Source: an uncultured Candidatus Saccharibacteria bacterium
GTDB taxonomy: Bacteria > Patescibacteriota > Doudnabacteria > UBA920
Direction of reading: 5' to 3'
Assembly: GCA_964483665.1 (NCBI GenBank)
Contig: CAZACP010000001.1
Span: 141,896 to 205,895, forward strand
Length of the DNA stretch: 64,000 nt
Shown here piece by piece: positions 1-10,324 of the stretch. The notes beneath the pieces were generated by a model. It was not told the DNA's origin, made no database searches, and worked only from the letters and a program-made list of their open reading frames with translations. The translations under genes and the position numbers were made by a program. The number at the start of each line of letters is the position of its first letter. Position 1 is the first letter of the stretch.

Positions 1-214
1 TTTTTTTGAGCCAAGACTTTTTACTGTTTATTTTTTAGGCTAATTTAGCGATTATACTTATTTTGAAATTTAACTGAGAAACCCAAACAAAATGTACAGG
101 TGAAAGTTTTGTATTTCATAGTGGAAAAGAACAGTCGAGAACAAAGCGTTATATAGGTGGTTTTACTGCTTTTAGTGGTTAATAAAAACGATTGACATAG
201 AAAAACCCAGAATT

Positions 215-1150
215 TTAATTCTGGGAGGAGGTAGTTCTGTAAAAATTTTTCAAATACTCAATTATCGCGGCTGAGGCCGGGACTTCTGGCTTAAGTTTAA
301 TTCTTGCTAAGGCTTCAGAATAAATTAAAATTATAGTTTCCCGGATTTTTGCGATTGTTTGCGCGTCTATTCCGTGCGTGTTTTTTTTAAACATCGCATT
401 TACTAAATTTAAAGCCTTTTCTTGGCTAAATGTTTGGTCCCCGGCTGAAAGGGCGGCAAGGCCAAGGGCTATATCCATAACCACATGCTGCTTGACTAGC
501 AAAACCGATTCTAAAATTCTTACGGCTTTAATAAAAAGCGCGTTAATAATTGGCTCATAAAATCCGCTATCTTCCTTTGAATGCTTTTTAATTATTTCCG
601 TTATTCGCGAGAAAGTATGAGCCGCAACTTCTACATGCAAGCTAGGCGAAGCGTTTTTGCTTGAATCTATAAAATGAAGTAATTTAAATTTCAAACCCAC
701 GGGCTTTCCCCTTTCGAAACTAGTTTGTGCGGAATTGTATATTACTGCTGCTTGCGGGTAAAATTTTGCCATATCTGACAAAAAAAGTACTACATCTCCT
801 TCCGCTTTTTTTCCAAATTCTTTTTGCACAAAGTTTATTCCGGCTACCCAAAAACCCACAAAGCTCATATAAGTACTTAGCTCGTTTTTTTCAAAGGGGA
901 TTTTTTTGTCTATGGGCAATTCGACGTTTATTTCGTTCGGGTATATTTTTCGGTTTGCTTTGCGGTAGTCGATTAAATAACCGTTTAAAATTCCTTGCAC
1001 GCCCTTTCTAAAATCCTTTTTTCGTAAAGAGGGCAAGATTTTGGCTAAATGTTTAAGTTGCCAAGAAAGTTTTGTGGAAGTGTTTTCAATCTCAAAAGCA
1101 GCTTTTTCTATGCGTTTAAGTCTGTTAATATGTCCTGCTGTTTTGTTCAT
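215..1150 (-). CDS. Hypothetical protein with PAP2/haloperoxidase-like phosphatase motifs
   Basis: 311-aa ORF; ASPSLHV and KQHVVMD resemble PAP2 motifs C2 (PSxH) and C3 (HxxxD). Confidence 0.45.
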   Translation of the reverse strand: MNKTAGHINRLKRIEKAAFEIENTSTKLSWQLKHLAKILPSLRKKDFRKGVQGILNGYLIDYRKANRKIYPNEINVELPIDKKIPFEKNELSTYMSFVGFWVAGINFVQKEFGKKAEGDVVLFLSDMAKFYPQAAVIYNSAQTSFERGKPVGLKFKLLHFIDSSKNASPSLHVEVAAHTFSRITEIIKKHSKEDSGFYEPIINALFIKAVRILESVLLVKQHVVMDIALGLAALSAGDQTFSQEKALNLVNAMFKKNTHGIDAQTIAKIRETIILIYSEALARIKLKPEVPASAAIIEYLKNFYRTTSSQN

Positions 1151-1210
1151 TAAATTTGATTAATTGTTTTAGTGTAATTTTATAAGTTTGAGCATCTTTG
1201 CGCAATTAAT

Positions 1211-1239
1211 TTAAAACACCAGCATAACTGGTGTTTTAA
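1211..1239 (-). terminator. Hairpin directly 3' of tRNA-Asp, probable intrinsic terminator
   Basis: Inverted repeat ttaaaacaccag-cataa-ctggtgttttaa. Confidence 0.6.
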
Positions 1240-1316
1240 TGGCGGGACCGGCGGGGCTCGAACCCGTAACCTCTCACGTGACAGGCGAGTGCTCTAACCA
1301 ATTGAGCTACGGTCCC
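1240..1316 (-). tRNA. tRNA-Asp(GTC)
   Basis: Reverse complement GGGACCG...CTCGC-CT-GTC-AC-GTGAG...GGTTCGAG...CGGTCCC-G-CCA folds as a cloverleaf with encoded CCA. Confidence 0.96.
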
Positions 1317-1332
1317 ATAATGTATTTTACTT

Positions 1333-1409
1333 TGGTAGCGGAGAGTGGAATTGCACCACTGACCTTGGGCTTATGAGTCCCACGCTCTAACTAACTGAGC
1401 TACTCCGCC
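1333..1409 (-). tRNA. tRNA with CAT anticodon, probably elongator Met (Ile2 not excluded)
   Basis: GGCGGAG...TGGGA-CT-CAT-AA-GCCCA...CTCCGCT-A-CCA; G1 paired, so not the initiator. Confidence 0.9.
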
Positions 1410-1626
1410 AAAAATACCTTGTATGATATTTAAAAACCTGCGTACAGCAGGAAAAAGCTGTCACGTAAATTTTGTCGCATTCGCAACCACGGATCAACTG
1501 TGATGGGGTAAGGGGCATTGTCCTTAACGTGTGAGGAATAGACTTCTAGTCTATTTTCAAAGGAGTAACGGACAATTGACCCGTGGTTGCGGGACCCGGA
1601 CTCGAACCGGGAACCTTCAGGTTATG

Positions 1627-2400
1627 CTTGCCACTACAATTTTCATTGCTCCCTAAATTTAGGGATTTGGGGTCTGGACTTTCTCTTCACCCTCGTGCAA
1701 TAAACTGATTTTCGCTCATTCCGATTTAAAAACCGGCGTTCACTCAATTCGTTTTTGCTCTTTACGGTGGGGTGCCTACCATTAAGTCTCTACACCTGCC
1801 TTCGTCAAGACTTCGGCAGGCAGGCCTTCTTAATTAAATAAGAAAAGGCTGCTTTCAATCCGAAGTTTTGGCGTAGGATTGGCTCGGGATTACCACCGCC
1901 AGGAGGCTTCCCCGAATTTGATAGGTTTTCATACCGAAGTTACCTTCGGTATAGCCCATTCTGTTATTAGTTCAAACGCATTTCGATAGTCGGCGGATTT
2001 TGGTTTTCTCTGACGCTTGTCAGATTCAACCAGGCTAATCGTACTACCGAACGATATAAAAACATCAAGCGGAAACACATAAAAAATATGAGTTTCTGGA
2101 ATATATACAACCGCAAAATCAAAATCATTAGCTTTATAGGCTTCCCGGCGCATAACGCGTCGGTTTGTCTTGGTTCGACGCACATCCACAAAATAAGATT
2201 TGTATTTGCCGTCGTACCAAGCGCATTTGACTTGCAATTTTACAAGCTTTCCTAACACATCGGCTATTAGGTCATAAGGCATTCGGTCGCCAATGGGCTT
2301 AGAAACACCCCGCCTAATTGCAAAAGCTTTAGAACGGTAGCTTGTTCAGCTATATCCCCTTTCGCTTTCGTTATCATAAGTAGCTAATAACAGGAATTTG
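1627..2400 (-). mobile_element. Group I self-splicing intron (774 nt) inserted after U33 of tRNA-fMet
   Basis: 5' exon ends in U and intron ends in G; core elements P (AAATTCGGGGAA), Q (AATCCCGAG), R (TGTAGAGACT), S (AAGAGAAAGTCC); P1 arms GGCTCAAATTCCTGTTATTAG and CTAATAACAGAATGGGCT. Confidence 0.92.
1929..2377 (-). pseudogene. Intron-encoded PD-(D/E)XK homing endonuclease (I-Ssp6803I-like) with one frameshift near 2308-2312
   Basis: MITKAKGDIAEQATVLKLLQLG (from 2377) continues in another frame as GVSKPIGDRMPYDLIAD...KLQVK...DFDFAVVY; KGDxxE, YD and QVK motifs; lies in the P1 loop. Confidence 0.82.
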
Positions 2401-2452
2401 AGCCTGACGAGCTGCCAATTGCTCTATCCCGCGATATAACTAACCAACATAA

Positions 2453-2481
2453 ATTATATAGAATAATGTCCTTTTTGGCAA
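2453..2481 (-). promoter_or_regulatory. Sigma-70-type promoter for the tRNA cluster
   Basis: TTGCCA-N17-TATAAT about 20 nt upstream of tRNA-fMet. Confidence 0.65.
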
Positions 2482-2532
2482 GTTTTTTAATATTAGGCCG
2501 GTTGTTGCCGCAGCGCTTAAATATTTTAAGTA

Positions 2533-2568
2533 ACCAAAAACCGTCCTGATTTTGGGACGGTTTTTGGT
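2533..2568. terminator. Intrinsic terminator, likely bidirectional
   Basis: accaaaaaccgtcc-tgattttg-ggacggtttttggt hairpin with A/T tracts on both sides. Confidence 0.65.
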
Positions 2569-2621
2569 ATCCTCCACCTCCATCAGATGACGGAGGGCGG
2601 AGAAAGTTTTTTTAAAGAAGA

Positions 2622-2690
2622 CTAGCGGCGCTTCTTTTTGCCGCCTTTTTTCTTTGCAGTCTTCTTTGCAACTTTTTTCTTCTTAGCCAT
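2622..2690 (-). CDS. 22-aa Lys/Arg-rich microprotein MAKKKKVAKKTAKKKGGKKKRR
   Basis: ATG to TAG with upstream AAGGGAG Shine-Dalgarno-like site and downstream terminator; below the ORF-track size cutoff. Confidence 0.65.
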   Translation of the reverse strand: MAKKKKVAKKTAKKKGGKKKRR

Positions 2691-2854
2691 TTTGGGCTTT
2701 CTCCCTTGAAAGTACTTAACGAAAATTTTTGGCTAAATACTTTCTTAATTTTCTACTCCCCCAATAATGGGGATTAGTAGTATGGTTTTATTTTCTTTCT
2801 GTTTTTCTACAAAATTTATTTTCGTTTCAGTAAAACTTTTACATTAATTTTATT

Positions 2855-3571
2855 TTAACTAGTTTTAAAAAATTTGTCAAGATTTTTTTCGTCTTGTAGG
2901 GAAAGCAAAAGCTTTTTTTTGTTTTCCAAATTTTGTATTTTTTCCAATTCAAAATGTAATCTTGATTTGGTAATAAGTTTTGTTTGCGAAAGTTTGTTTT
3001 TAATTGCTAAAAAGGACTGATTTTCAATTTTGAAATTTAGCTCAAGAGCAAAACGCAGAGCTCTGACTATTCGTAAAGGGTCCTCATTTATTTTTTCTTT
3101 CGCTTCACCTATAAATTTAATGCGTTTTTTCTTTAGGTCTTCCACGCCCTCATAAAAATCTAATATTTTGTTGCTTTTTAAGCTTAAATATAAGGAATTT
3201 ATAGTAAAATCTCTTCGTTCGCTGTCTTTTTTAACTTCTTTAATGTAAGTGATTTTAGGGTAGCGGGAACCAGTATACTTTTCTGTTCTAAACGTGGCTA
3301 CGGCAGCAATTAAATTTTCTTTTAAGGCTAAAATCACGCCTAAATTTTTATAGCCTAAATTAAAATCTATAAAATGATTTTTGAAAATTTCTGCCACTGC
3401 CTCAGGTTTTGCGCTCGTTGCAATGTCTATGTCTTCTACTTTTCTCTTTAATAAAATATCCCTCACTGTTCCCCCAACAAAATAAGTTTCGGGAAAGTTT
3501 TCCACAAGCAAAAAATATATTTCTTGTCCAAATTTTTCTAAACTATTTTTTGGTTGATATTTTATATTCAT
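2855..3571 (-). CDS. tRNA nucleotidyltransferase / poly(A) polymerase family protein (short, no HD domain)
   Basis: VGGTVRD, DIDIAT, RRDFTIN and EDPLRIVRALRF motifs. Confidence 0.9.
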   Translation of the reverse strand: MNIKYQPKNSLEKFGQEIYFLLVENFPETYFVGGTVRDILLKRKVEDIDIATSAKPEAVAEIFKNHFIDFNLGYKNLGVILALKENLIAAVATFRTEKYTGSRYPKITYIKEVKKDSERRDFTINSLYLSLKSNKILDFYEGVEDLKKKRIKFIGEAKEKINEDPLRIVRALRFALELNFKIENQSFLAIKNKLSQTKLITKSRLHFELEKIQNLENKKKLLLSLQDEKNLDKFFKTS

Positions 3572-3604
3572 AAAAAAACCGATATAACTATCGGTTAGTT
3601 TAAA

Positions 3605-4057
3605 TTATTGGGTAAAAGTTTCTTGGCCAACAATAGAGCCTTTTGCGCGAGCTCGCTTTCTGGCAACTTTTAATCTGGAAGTGCTTCGTTCCAGAGCCGC
3701 GGCAACTTTTGCGTATTCGCCCGCGGTAACTTTCGTTTCCCGCAAAGCTTTTTCAGCCCTGTGTTTTGCTTCCTCGGCTCGCTTTTCGTCTATTTCAAAC
3801 GAGTGTTCGGCGGCATCGGCTAAAACTACAACACTGCCGGCTCTGTTCACCTGAACAAAACCGCCGGAAACATTTAAGTATAGCTCTTCGTCACCTGTTT
3901 TGGCCTTAAGTTCTCCCGGTACCAAAGTTGCTACAAGGGGTTCGTGGTTAGGTAAAATTGTTATTAGCCCCATTGTGGTAGGGCAAGTTAAACTGACCAA
4001 TTCTTTTTTTAGAACGGTTTTTTCCGGGGTTACTAGTTGAAAGTGTATAGAGTTCAT
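3605..4057 (-). CDS. atpC: F1 ATP synthase subunit epsilon
   Basis: LVTPE, GLITILPNHEPL, VSGGF motifs; last gene of the atp operon. Confidence 0.95.
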   Translation of the reverse strand: MNSIHFQLVTPEKTVLKKELVSLTCPTTMGLITILPNHEPLVATLVPGELKAKTGDEELYLNVSGGFVQVNRAGSVVVLADAAEHSFEIDEKRAEEAKHRAEKALRETKVTAGEYAKVAAALERSTSRLKVARKRARAKGSIVGQETFTQ

Positions 4058-4060
4058 AGT

Positions 4061-4366
4061 TTATATAAAAGCGCCGTGCTCGAAGTTATTCCGATTATGC
4101 GCATCCTGATTGTCTGTACCCAATTTTGCCCAAATTCTACCTAAATCTGTTTCGTGATGAATGTTAAGCTTTTTAAATATACTAGCCGAATGAGCGTCAA
4201 CAGTTTTTTCAGAAATTCCTAGAATCTGAGCTGTTTCTAACCTTGTTTTTCCAGATGCCCGGAATTTTAGAACTTGTTTTTCTGCCGGCGTTAAACTTTT
4301 AAAACCCCCAGTCTCTTCTTTAGAAATAAAATTATGCGGATGTATTTCGAAATTAATTTTTTTCAT
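4061..4366 (-). CDS. LuxR/GerE-type helix-turn-helix protein
   Basis: LTPAEKQVL...GKTRLETAQILGISEKTVDAH...IFKKL. Confidence 0.85.
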   Translation of the reverse strand: MKKINFEIHPHNFISKEETGGFKSLTPAEKQVLKFRASGKTRLETAQILGISEKTVDAHSASIFKKLNIHHETDLGRIWAKLGTDNQDAHNRNNFEHGAFI

Positions 4367-4372
4367 GAAAGT

Positions 4373-5752
<1,380 letters not shown>

Positions 5753-6172
5753 TTACTTTTTAACGCTAGGCATTTCTCCAGGACTTGGGTCAATGCGATT
5801 TATTATTGATTTAATAAATATTTTCCTGTCTTTAGGCGGGAGTTCTATTATACGGTTAATGAGGTTATTAAAAGCAGTTGTTCCTGGATCCATAACTATG
5901 CCAGTTCTATCGCCAAGCTCTTGGCACATTCCAGACAGTTCAGATCTAAATTCCATCCAATTTTGAGCCTCATTTCTTATGCTCTCATATTGAGATTTTA
6001 TTTGTCCTTCATATTTGTCTATATATAATACAATTTTAGCAAGCTCGTTTAAAAAAAATTGTCTGCCTTTTTCGTGTATATACTGCAGAACTTCGTCTAA
6101 AATTCCTAGCATTATTGTCTCAATATTTGGCTCTCCTTCTCCGTGTTGTCTCATAATTTTATTCAAGGGCAA
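5753..6172 (-). CDS. Hypothetical protein between atpG and atpD
   Basis: 139-aa ORF filling the gap and overlapping the atpG stop; no recognisable motif. Confidence 0.65.
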   Translation of the reverse strand: MPLNKIMRQHGEGEPNIETIMLGILDEVLQYIHEKGRQFFLNELAKIVLYIDKYEGQIKSQYESIRNEAQNWMEFRSELSGMCQELGDRTGIVMDPGTTAFNNLINRIIELPPKDRKIFIKSIINRIDPSPGEMPSVKK

Positions 6173-7046
6173 TTTTACCAGCTGTTATTTCTGCAAGTTC
6201 GGTTGTTATTTTGCCCTGCCTTAGCTGGTTAAAGGTTAATGTATAGTCGGCTATTAAGTCCCCGGCGGCTTCGGTTGCATTTTTCATCATAACCATACGC
6301 GCGGAGTGTTCAGAAGCGTCGCTTTCCAGCACAGTTTCGTAAATCTGACTTTCAATAATTCTGGGCAGCATATGGTTTAAAACTTCCCCTATTCCCGGTT
6401 CAAATAAATAGTCAGAGTCTGTGGCTAAAGGCTGGTCGTTACTTTCAGTAAGCATAGTGCGGATTTCCTGGGAAAAAGGCAGTAGCGGCCTAATAGTTGG
6501 CTTTTGCAGCAAAGTAGAAACAAAATGGTTGTATGCTAAATATATTTTTTTATACTGACCACTAGAATACATTTCAGAAATCATATACGCGAGCGGATAT
6601 ATTTCTTCCGGCAAAATGTATTTTTCAGGCTTAGAAAAATCCGCCTTTATATTTTTACCTAAGCGCGCGGAAGTTTGCGAGCCTTTTTTTCCGTAGGTAA
6701 TCAATTCAACTTCTTTTTGTTCAGCCAAAGCTTCTTTTTCTATTTCCCTGAGTTTGTATAACAAGTTGGTATTAAGGCTTCCCACCATACCGCGGTTAGA
6801 AGTCAGTAAAATTACGCCAATTTTTTTTGCGTTCGGGTATACGGAAATAAGCGGGTGGTTAAAACTGCCTTTTCTGGAAATATTTTCAATTAATTCCCAG
6901 GCTAAATGCGCGTATGAACGGCTTTGCAAAACCGAATTTTGTGCTTTTCGCATTTTGGCAGCCGAAACCATCTGCATCGCGCGGGTAATTTTACGAGTGC
7001 TTTGTACGCTTTTTATTCTAGTTTTTAAATCTTTTATTCCGGGCAT
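6159..7046 (-). CDS. atpG: F1 ATP synthase subunit gamma
   Basis: KITRAMQMVSAAK, ASEHSARM and RQGKITTEL motifs. Confidence 0.98.
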   Translation of the reverse strand: MPGIKDLKTRIKSVQSTRKITRAMQMVSAAKMRKAQNSVLQSRSYAHLAWELIENISRKGSFNHPLISVYPNAKKIGVILLTSNRGMVGSLNTNLLYKLREIEKEALAEQKEVELITYGKKGSQTSARLGKNIKADFSKPEKYILPEEIYPLAYMISEMYSSGQYKKIYLAYNHFVSTLLQKPTIRPLLPFSQEIRTMLTESNDQPLATDSDYLFEPGIGEVLNHMLPRIIESQIYETVLESDASEHSARMVMMKNATEAAGDLIADYTLTFNQLRQGKITTELAEITAGKIALE

Positions 7047-7055
7047 TTGAATTTT

Positions 7056-7370
7056 TTATTCAATAACTAAATAATTTGAATATATATGATCGGCATCGCT
7101 ATCACCGTCACTGTAATCATCGCTAAGTACTATTGCTCTTTCACCTGATATTTTGACTACCTTACCCCTATATTTAATAGGGACATCTTCCATTTTATCA
7201 TTCAGTCCTAATTTAAATCTTAAGTGCATCTCACCTTTGTTATAAGCCTCTTTTCCTTCTTCTGATAGACGGACCGAGTCGCCAATTTTAATAAGTCGGC
7301 CTCTTGCATCCTTACATTCAGGGTCCCGATACTCCGTTTCTTTTGTAGCTTCGTTGTAATGGAAGGGCAT
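7056..7370 (-). CDS. Hypothetical protein between atpA and atpG, possible KOW/SH3-like fold
   Basis: 104-aa ORF; IKIGDSVRL...GKVVKISG pattern resembles a small beta barrel (inference). Confidence 0.6.
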   Translation of the reverse strand: MPFHYNEATKETEYRDPECKDARGRLIKIGDSVRLSEEGKEAYNKGEMHLRFKLGLNDKMEDVPIKYRGKVVKISGERAIVLSDDYSDGDSDADHIYSNYLVIE

Positions 7371-7374
7371 AAAT

Positions 7375-8874
7375 TTATTTTACTGACTGTACAAAATTCT
7401 CAATCGCTTTCTTTAATTTATTTTCCGTATCCTCGCTAATTTCCTTACTGGACTTTATTGCATCTAGTACATCCTTACCCTGCACTTTCATATACTTATG
7501 AAAAGCGGTTTCGGTTTCCGCCATTTTTTCCACCGGTATTTCGTTAAAGTAGCCGTTGTTAACGGCATAGAGAATGGTGACTTGTTGTTCAAGCGAAAGC
7601 GGGCTGTATTGCGGCTGCTTTAGAATTTCCGTCATTCTTCGGCCTAAATCTAAGGTTTTCTTTGTAGATTCGTCTAAGTCGCTGCCAAACTGGGCAAAAG
7701 CTTCCAGCTCTCTAAACTGCGCAAGTTGAAGTTTTAATTTGCCTGCTACTTTTTTCATAGCCTTGGTCTGAGCGCTACTTCCTACGCGGGAAACGGAAAT
7801 ACCAACGTTTAAAGCCGGTCTTATACCTTTGTAAAACAAGTCGCTTTCAAGGAAAATTTGTCCGTCAGTAATAGAAATCACATTGGTCGGAATATACGCC
7901 GAAACATCGCCCGCTTGGGTTTCAATTATCGGGAGCGCTGTCAGTGATCCCCCGCCAAAATCTTTGTTTAGTTTAGCGGCGCGTTCCAGCAAGCGTGAGT
8001 GTAAATAAAATACGTCTCCCGGGTAAGCTTCGCGTCCCGGCGGTCTTCTGAGCAATAAAGAAATTTCGCGGTAAGCCACAGCTTGTTTAGAAAGGTCGTC
8101 GTAAACAACTAATACGTCTTTACCCTGATCCATAAAGTATTCGCCCATAGCAGTTGCCGCGTAAGGAGCAATGTACGAAAGAGCGGCCGGTTCAGAGGCG
8201 CCGGCAGAAACTACAATTGTGTAGTCCATGGCTTCATTTTCCTGAAGTGTTGCTACAATTTTAGCAATCTTGCTTTCTTTTTGGCCGACTGCGACATAAA
8301 TACAAATCATGTTCTGGCCCTTTTGATTTATAATTGTGTCTATTGCCACGGCTGTTTTACCGGTCTGCCTGTCACCAATTATAAGTTCGCGCTGACCTCG
8401 GCCAATAGGAATAAGCGCGTCTATGGCTTTTACGCCGGTTTGAACAGGTTCTCTAACTCCTTGACGGGTTATAACTCCCGGAGCGATTTTTTCCACCGGG
8501 TAAAAGTTAGCAGCTTTAATATCCCCCTTGCCGTCTTTGGGTTCGCCCAAGGCCGAAACTGTGCGGCCAATTAAGCTTTCGCCGACCGGGACAGACAAAA
8601 TTTTTCCGGTTGCTCTTACCGTGTCGCCCACGCTGATTTTTTGGTAATCGCCCAAAATAATGCTACCGATTAAATTTTCTTCCAGGTTTAAAGCCACGCC
8701 GGTTACGCCCTTGCCAAAATCAAGCATTTCCATACTGGCTACCTGAGTTAAGCCCGACACGCGCGCAACGCCGTCTGCTACTTCTAAAACAGTTCCGACT
8801 TTTTCAACTTTAACAGTGGCCTGGAAGTCTAGGATTTTAGTTTTAAGTTGTTGTACTATATTTTGATTAGCCAT
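7375..8874 (-). CDS. atpA: F1 ATP synthase subunit alpha
   Basis: [29 protein letters not shown] and [10 protein letters not shown] motifs. Confidence 0.99.
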   Translation of the reverse strand: MANQNIVQQLKTKILDFQATVKVEKVGTVLEVADGVARVSGLTQVASMEMLDFGKGVTGVALNLEENLIGSIILGDYQKISVGDTVRATGKILSVPVGESLIGRTVSALGEPKDGKGDIKAANFYPVEKIAPGVITRQGVREPVQTGVKAIDALIPIGRGQRELIIGDRQTGKTAVAIDTIINQKGQNMICIYVAVGQKESKIAKIVATLQENEAMDYTIVVSAGASEPAALSYIAPYAATAMGEYFMDQGKDVLVVYDDLSKQAVAYREISLLLRRPPGREAYPGDVFYLHSRLLERAAKLNKDFGGGSLTALPIIETQAGDVSAYIPTNVISITDGQIFLESDLFYKGIRPALNVGISVSRVGSSAQTKAMKKVAGKLKLQLAQFRELEAFAQFGSDLDESTKKTLDLGRRMTEILKQPQYSPLSLEQQVTILYAVNNGYFNEIPVEKMAETETAFHKYMKVQGKDVLDAIKSSKEISEDTENKLKKAIENFVQSVK

Positions 8875-8951
8875 ATTAATTAAATTAAGAAGTATGAATT
8901 AGGAATTAAATTTTTAGAGCAACTGAGTAATCAGTGCAAATACGTATAATA

Positions 8952-9338
8952 TTATTTTTTCAAATCCATGTTTAGATTATTTAATAAGGTTTTTACGCTC
9001 GCGTCTATTAACGTGTCGTCCGCGCGTATTACCACTCCCCCGACCAAGCCTTCATCAATCTGTGTTTTATATTCCGTTTTGCTTAAAACAACTTTATTTA
9101 ATTCATTTAAAACCTTTACGTTATGCTCCATGGCGAAAGTTGCGTTGCCTTGGGTTACCCCGCTCTGTTTCTGCTCAAGGTTTTTGTACTCAGCTTCAAT
9201 TTCTGAGAATTTACCTAAATCGCCGTTTTCAACCAAGACTTTAACAAATCGTTCTAAAATAACGTCGTAATCTTTGGGCGCAGTTTCAGACGCGGCTTCA
9301 AAGAGCGCCTGCGCGTATTGTTTGGGGCTTAATTTCAT
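8952..9338 (-). CDS. atpH: ATP synthase subunit delta (short form)
   Basis: YAQALF at the N-terminus, DEGLVGGVVIRADDTLIDAS at the C-terminus; operon position. Confidence 0.9.
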   Translation of the reverse strand: MKLSPKQYAQALFEAASETAPKDYDVILERFVKVLVENGDLGKFSEIEAEYKNLEQKQSGVTQGNATFAMEHNVKVLNELNKVVLSKTEYKTQIDEGLVGGVVIRADDTLIDASVKTLLNNLNMDLKK

Positions 9339-9910
9339 TTGCTTTTTTTGGTACTTAGTTCTTCTAAGGTTTTCTTAATTAGCTCCATATCGTGTTTGTC
9401 GTCCAGTTTTTTCTTTAAAACTTTTTCTGTGGCAGAAGTTACTAAATCCGCTACCTCGGACTTAATTTGGGCCAAGGCTTTCTTTTGGTCAGAATCTATT
9501 TGATCTTTTGCCTGCGCAACAATTTTTTCCTGGTCAGCTTTAGTCTTTTTCATTAGGTCGTCTCTAACAACTCCGGCGTCTGCTTCAGCTTTTGCCAAAA
9601 TATCGGCGGCTTCCTGCCTGGTTTTCGCTAATTCTTGTTTTTTCCATTCTTCAAACTCTGTTTTTTGCTTTTCTACCTCTTCCGCGTCTAAAAGCGCTTT
9701 TTCAATTTTTTCAGACCTTTCCTCTAATTTTTTTGAAATTGGTAAAAAGACAAAACGTCTTAGAATATAAAGTATTATTCCAAAGTTTACCAGCTGAGCT
9801 AAAAACAGTTTCCAATTTATACCTAATGTACCGACCATGCCGGTATCTTTTTCCGCCTCGGCTACTGCTTCCGCAGCGTGCGCTACTCCAATTAATATGT
9901 TGAAATCCAT
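9335..9910 (-). CDS. atpF: Fo ATP synthase subunit b
   Basis: LGINWKLFLAQLVNF TM helix then a coiled coil; likely start MDFNIL at 9910 (ORF track extends to 9952). Confidence 0.93.
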   Translation of the reverse strand: MDFNILIGVAHAAEAVAEAEKDTGMVGTLGINWKLFLAQLVNFGIILYILRRFVFLPISKKLEERSEKIEKALLDAEEVEKQKTEFEEWKKQELAKTRQEAADILAKAEADAGVVRDDLMKKTKADQEKIVAQAKDQIDSDQKKALAQIKSEVADLVTSATEKVLKKKLDDKHDMELIKKTLEELSTKKSK

Positions 9911-10020
9911 GATAGTTAAATTAATTAATTTCTTAATATCTACTAATATCAATAAACATCCTGTACTATTTACTAGTATTAGTAGATATCTGCGGAAAAA
10001 ATCCGCAGATATCTATAATT

Positions 10021-10305
<285 letters not shown>

Positions 10306-10324
10306 TTAATTATTAATAAATAAA

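Larger units (their letters stand above)
1584..2433 (-). tRNA. tRNA-fMet(CAT) split by a group I intron; 5' exon 2433-2401, 3' exon 1626-1584
   Basis: Joined exons give 76 nt CGCGGGATAGAGCAATTGGCAGCTCGTCAGGCT|CATAACCTGAAGGTTCCCGGTTCGAGTCCGGGTCCCGCAACCA with the initiator C1:A72 mismatch. Confidence 0.95.

Noticed and set aside
1967-2191. 74-aa alternative-frame ORF inside the intron
   Set aside because: Overlaps the endonuclease frame, which carries the conserved motifs.
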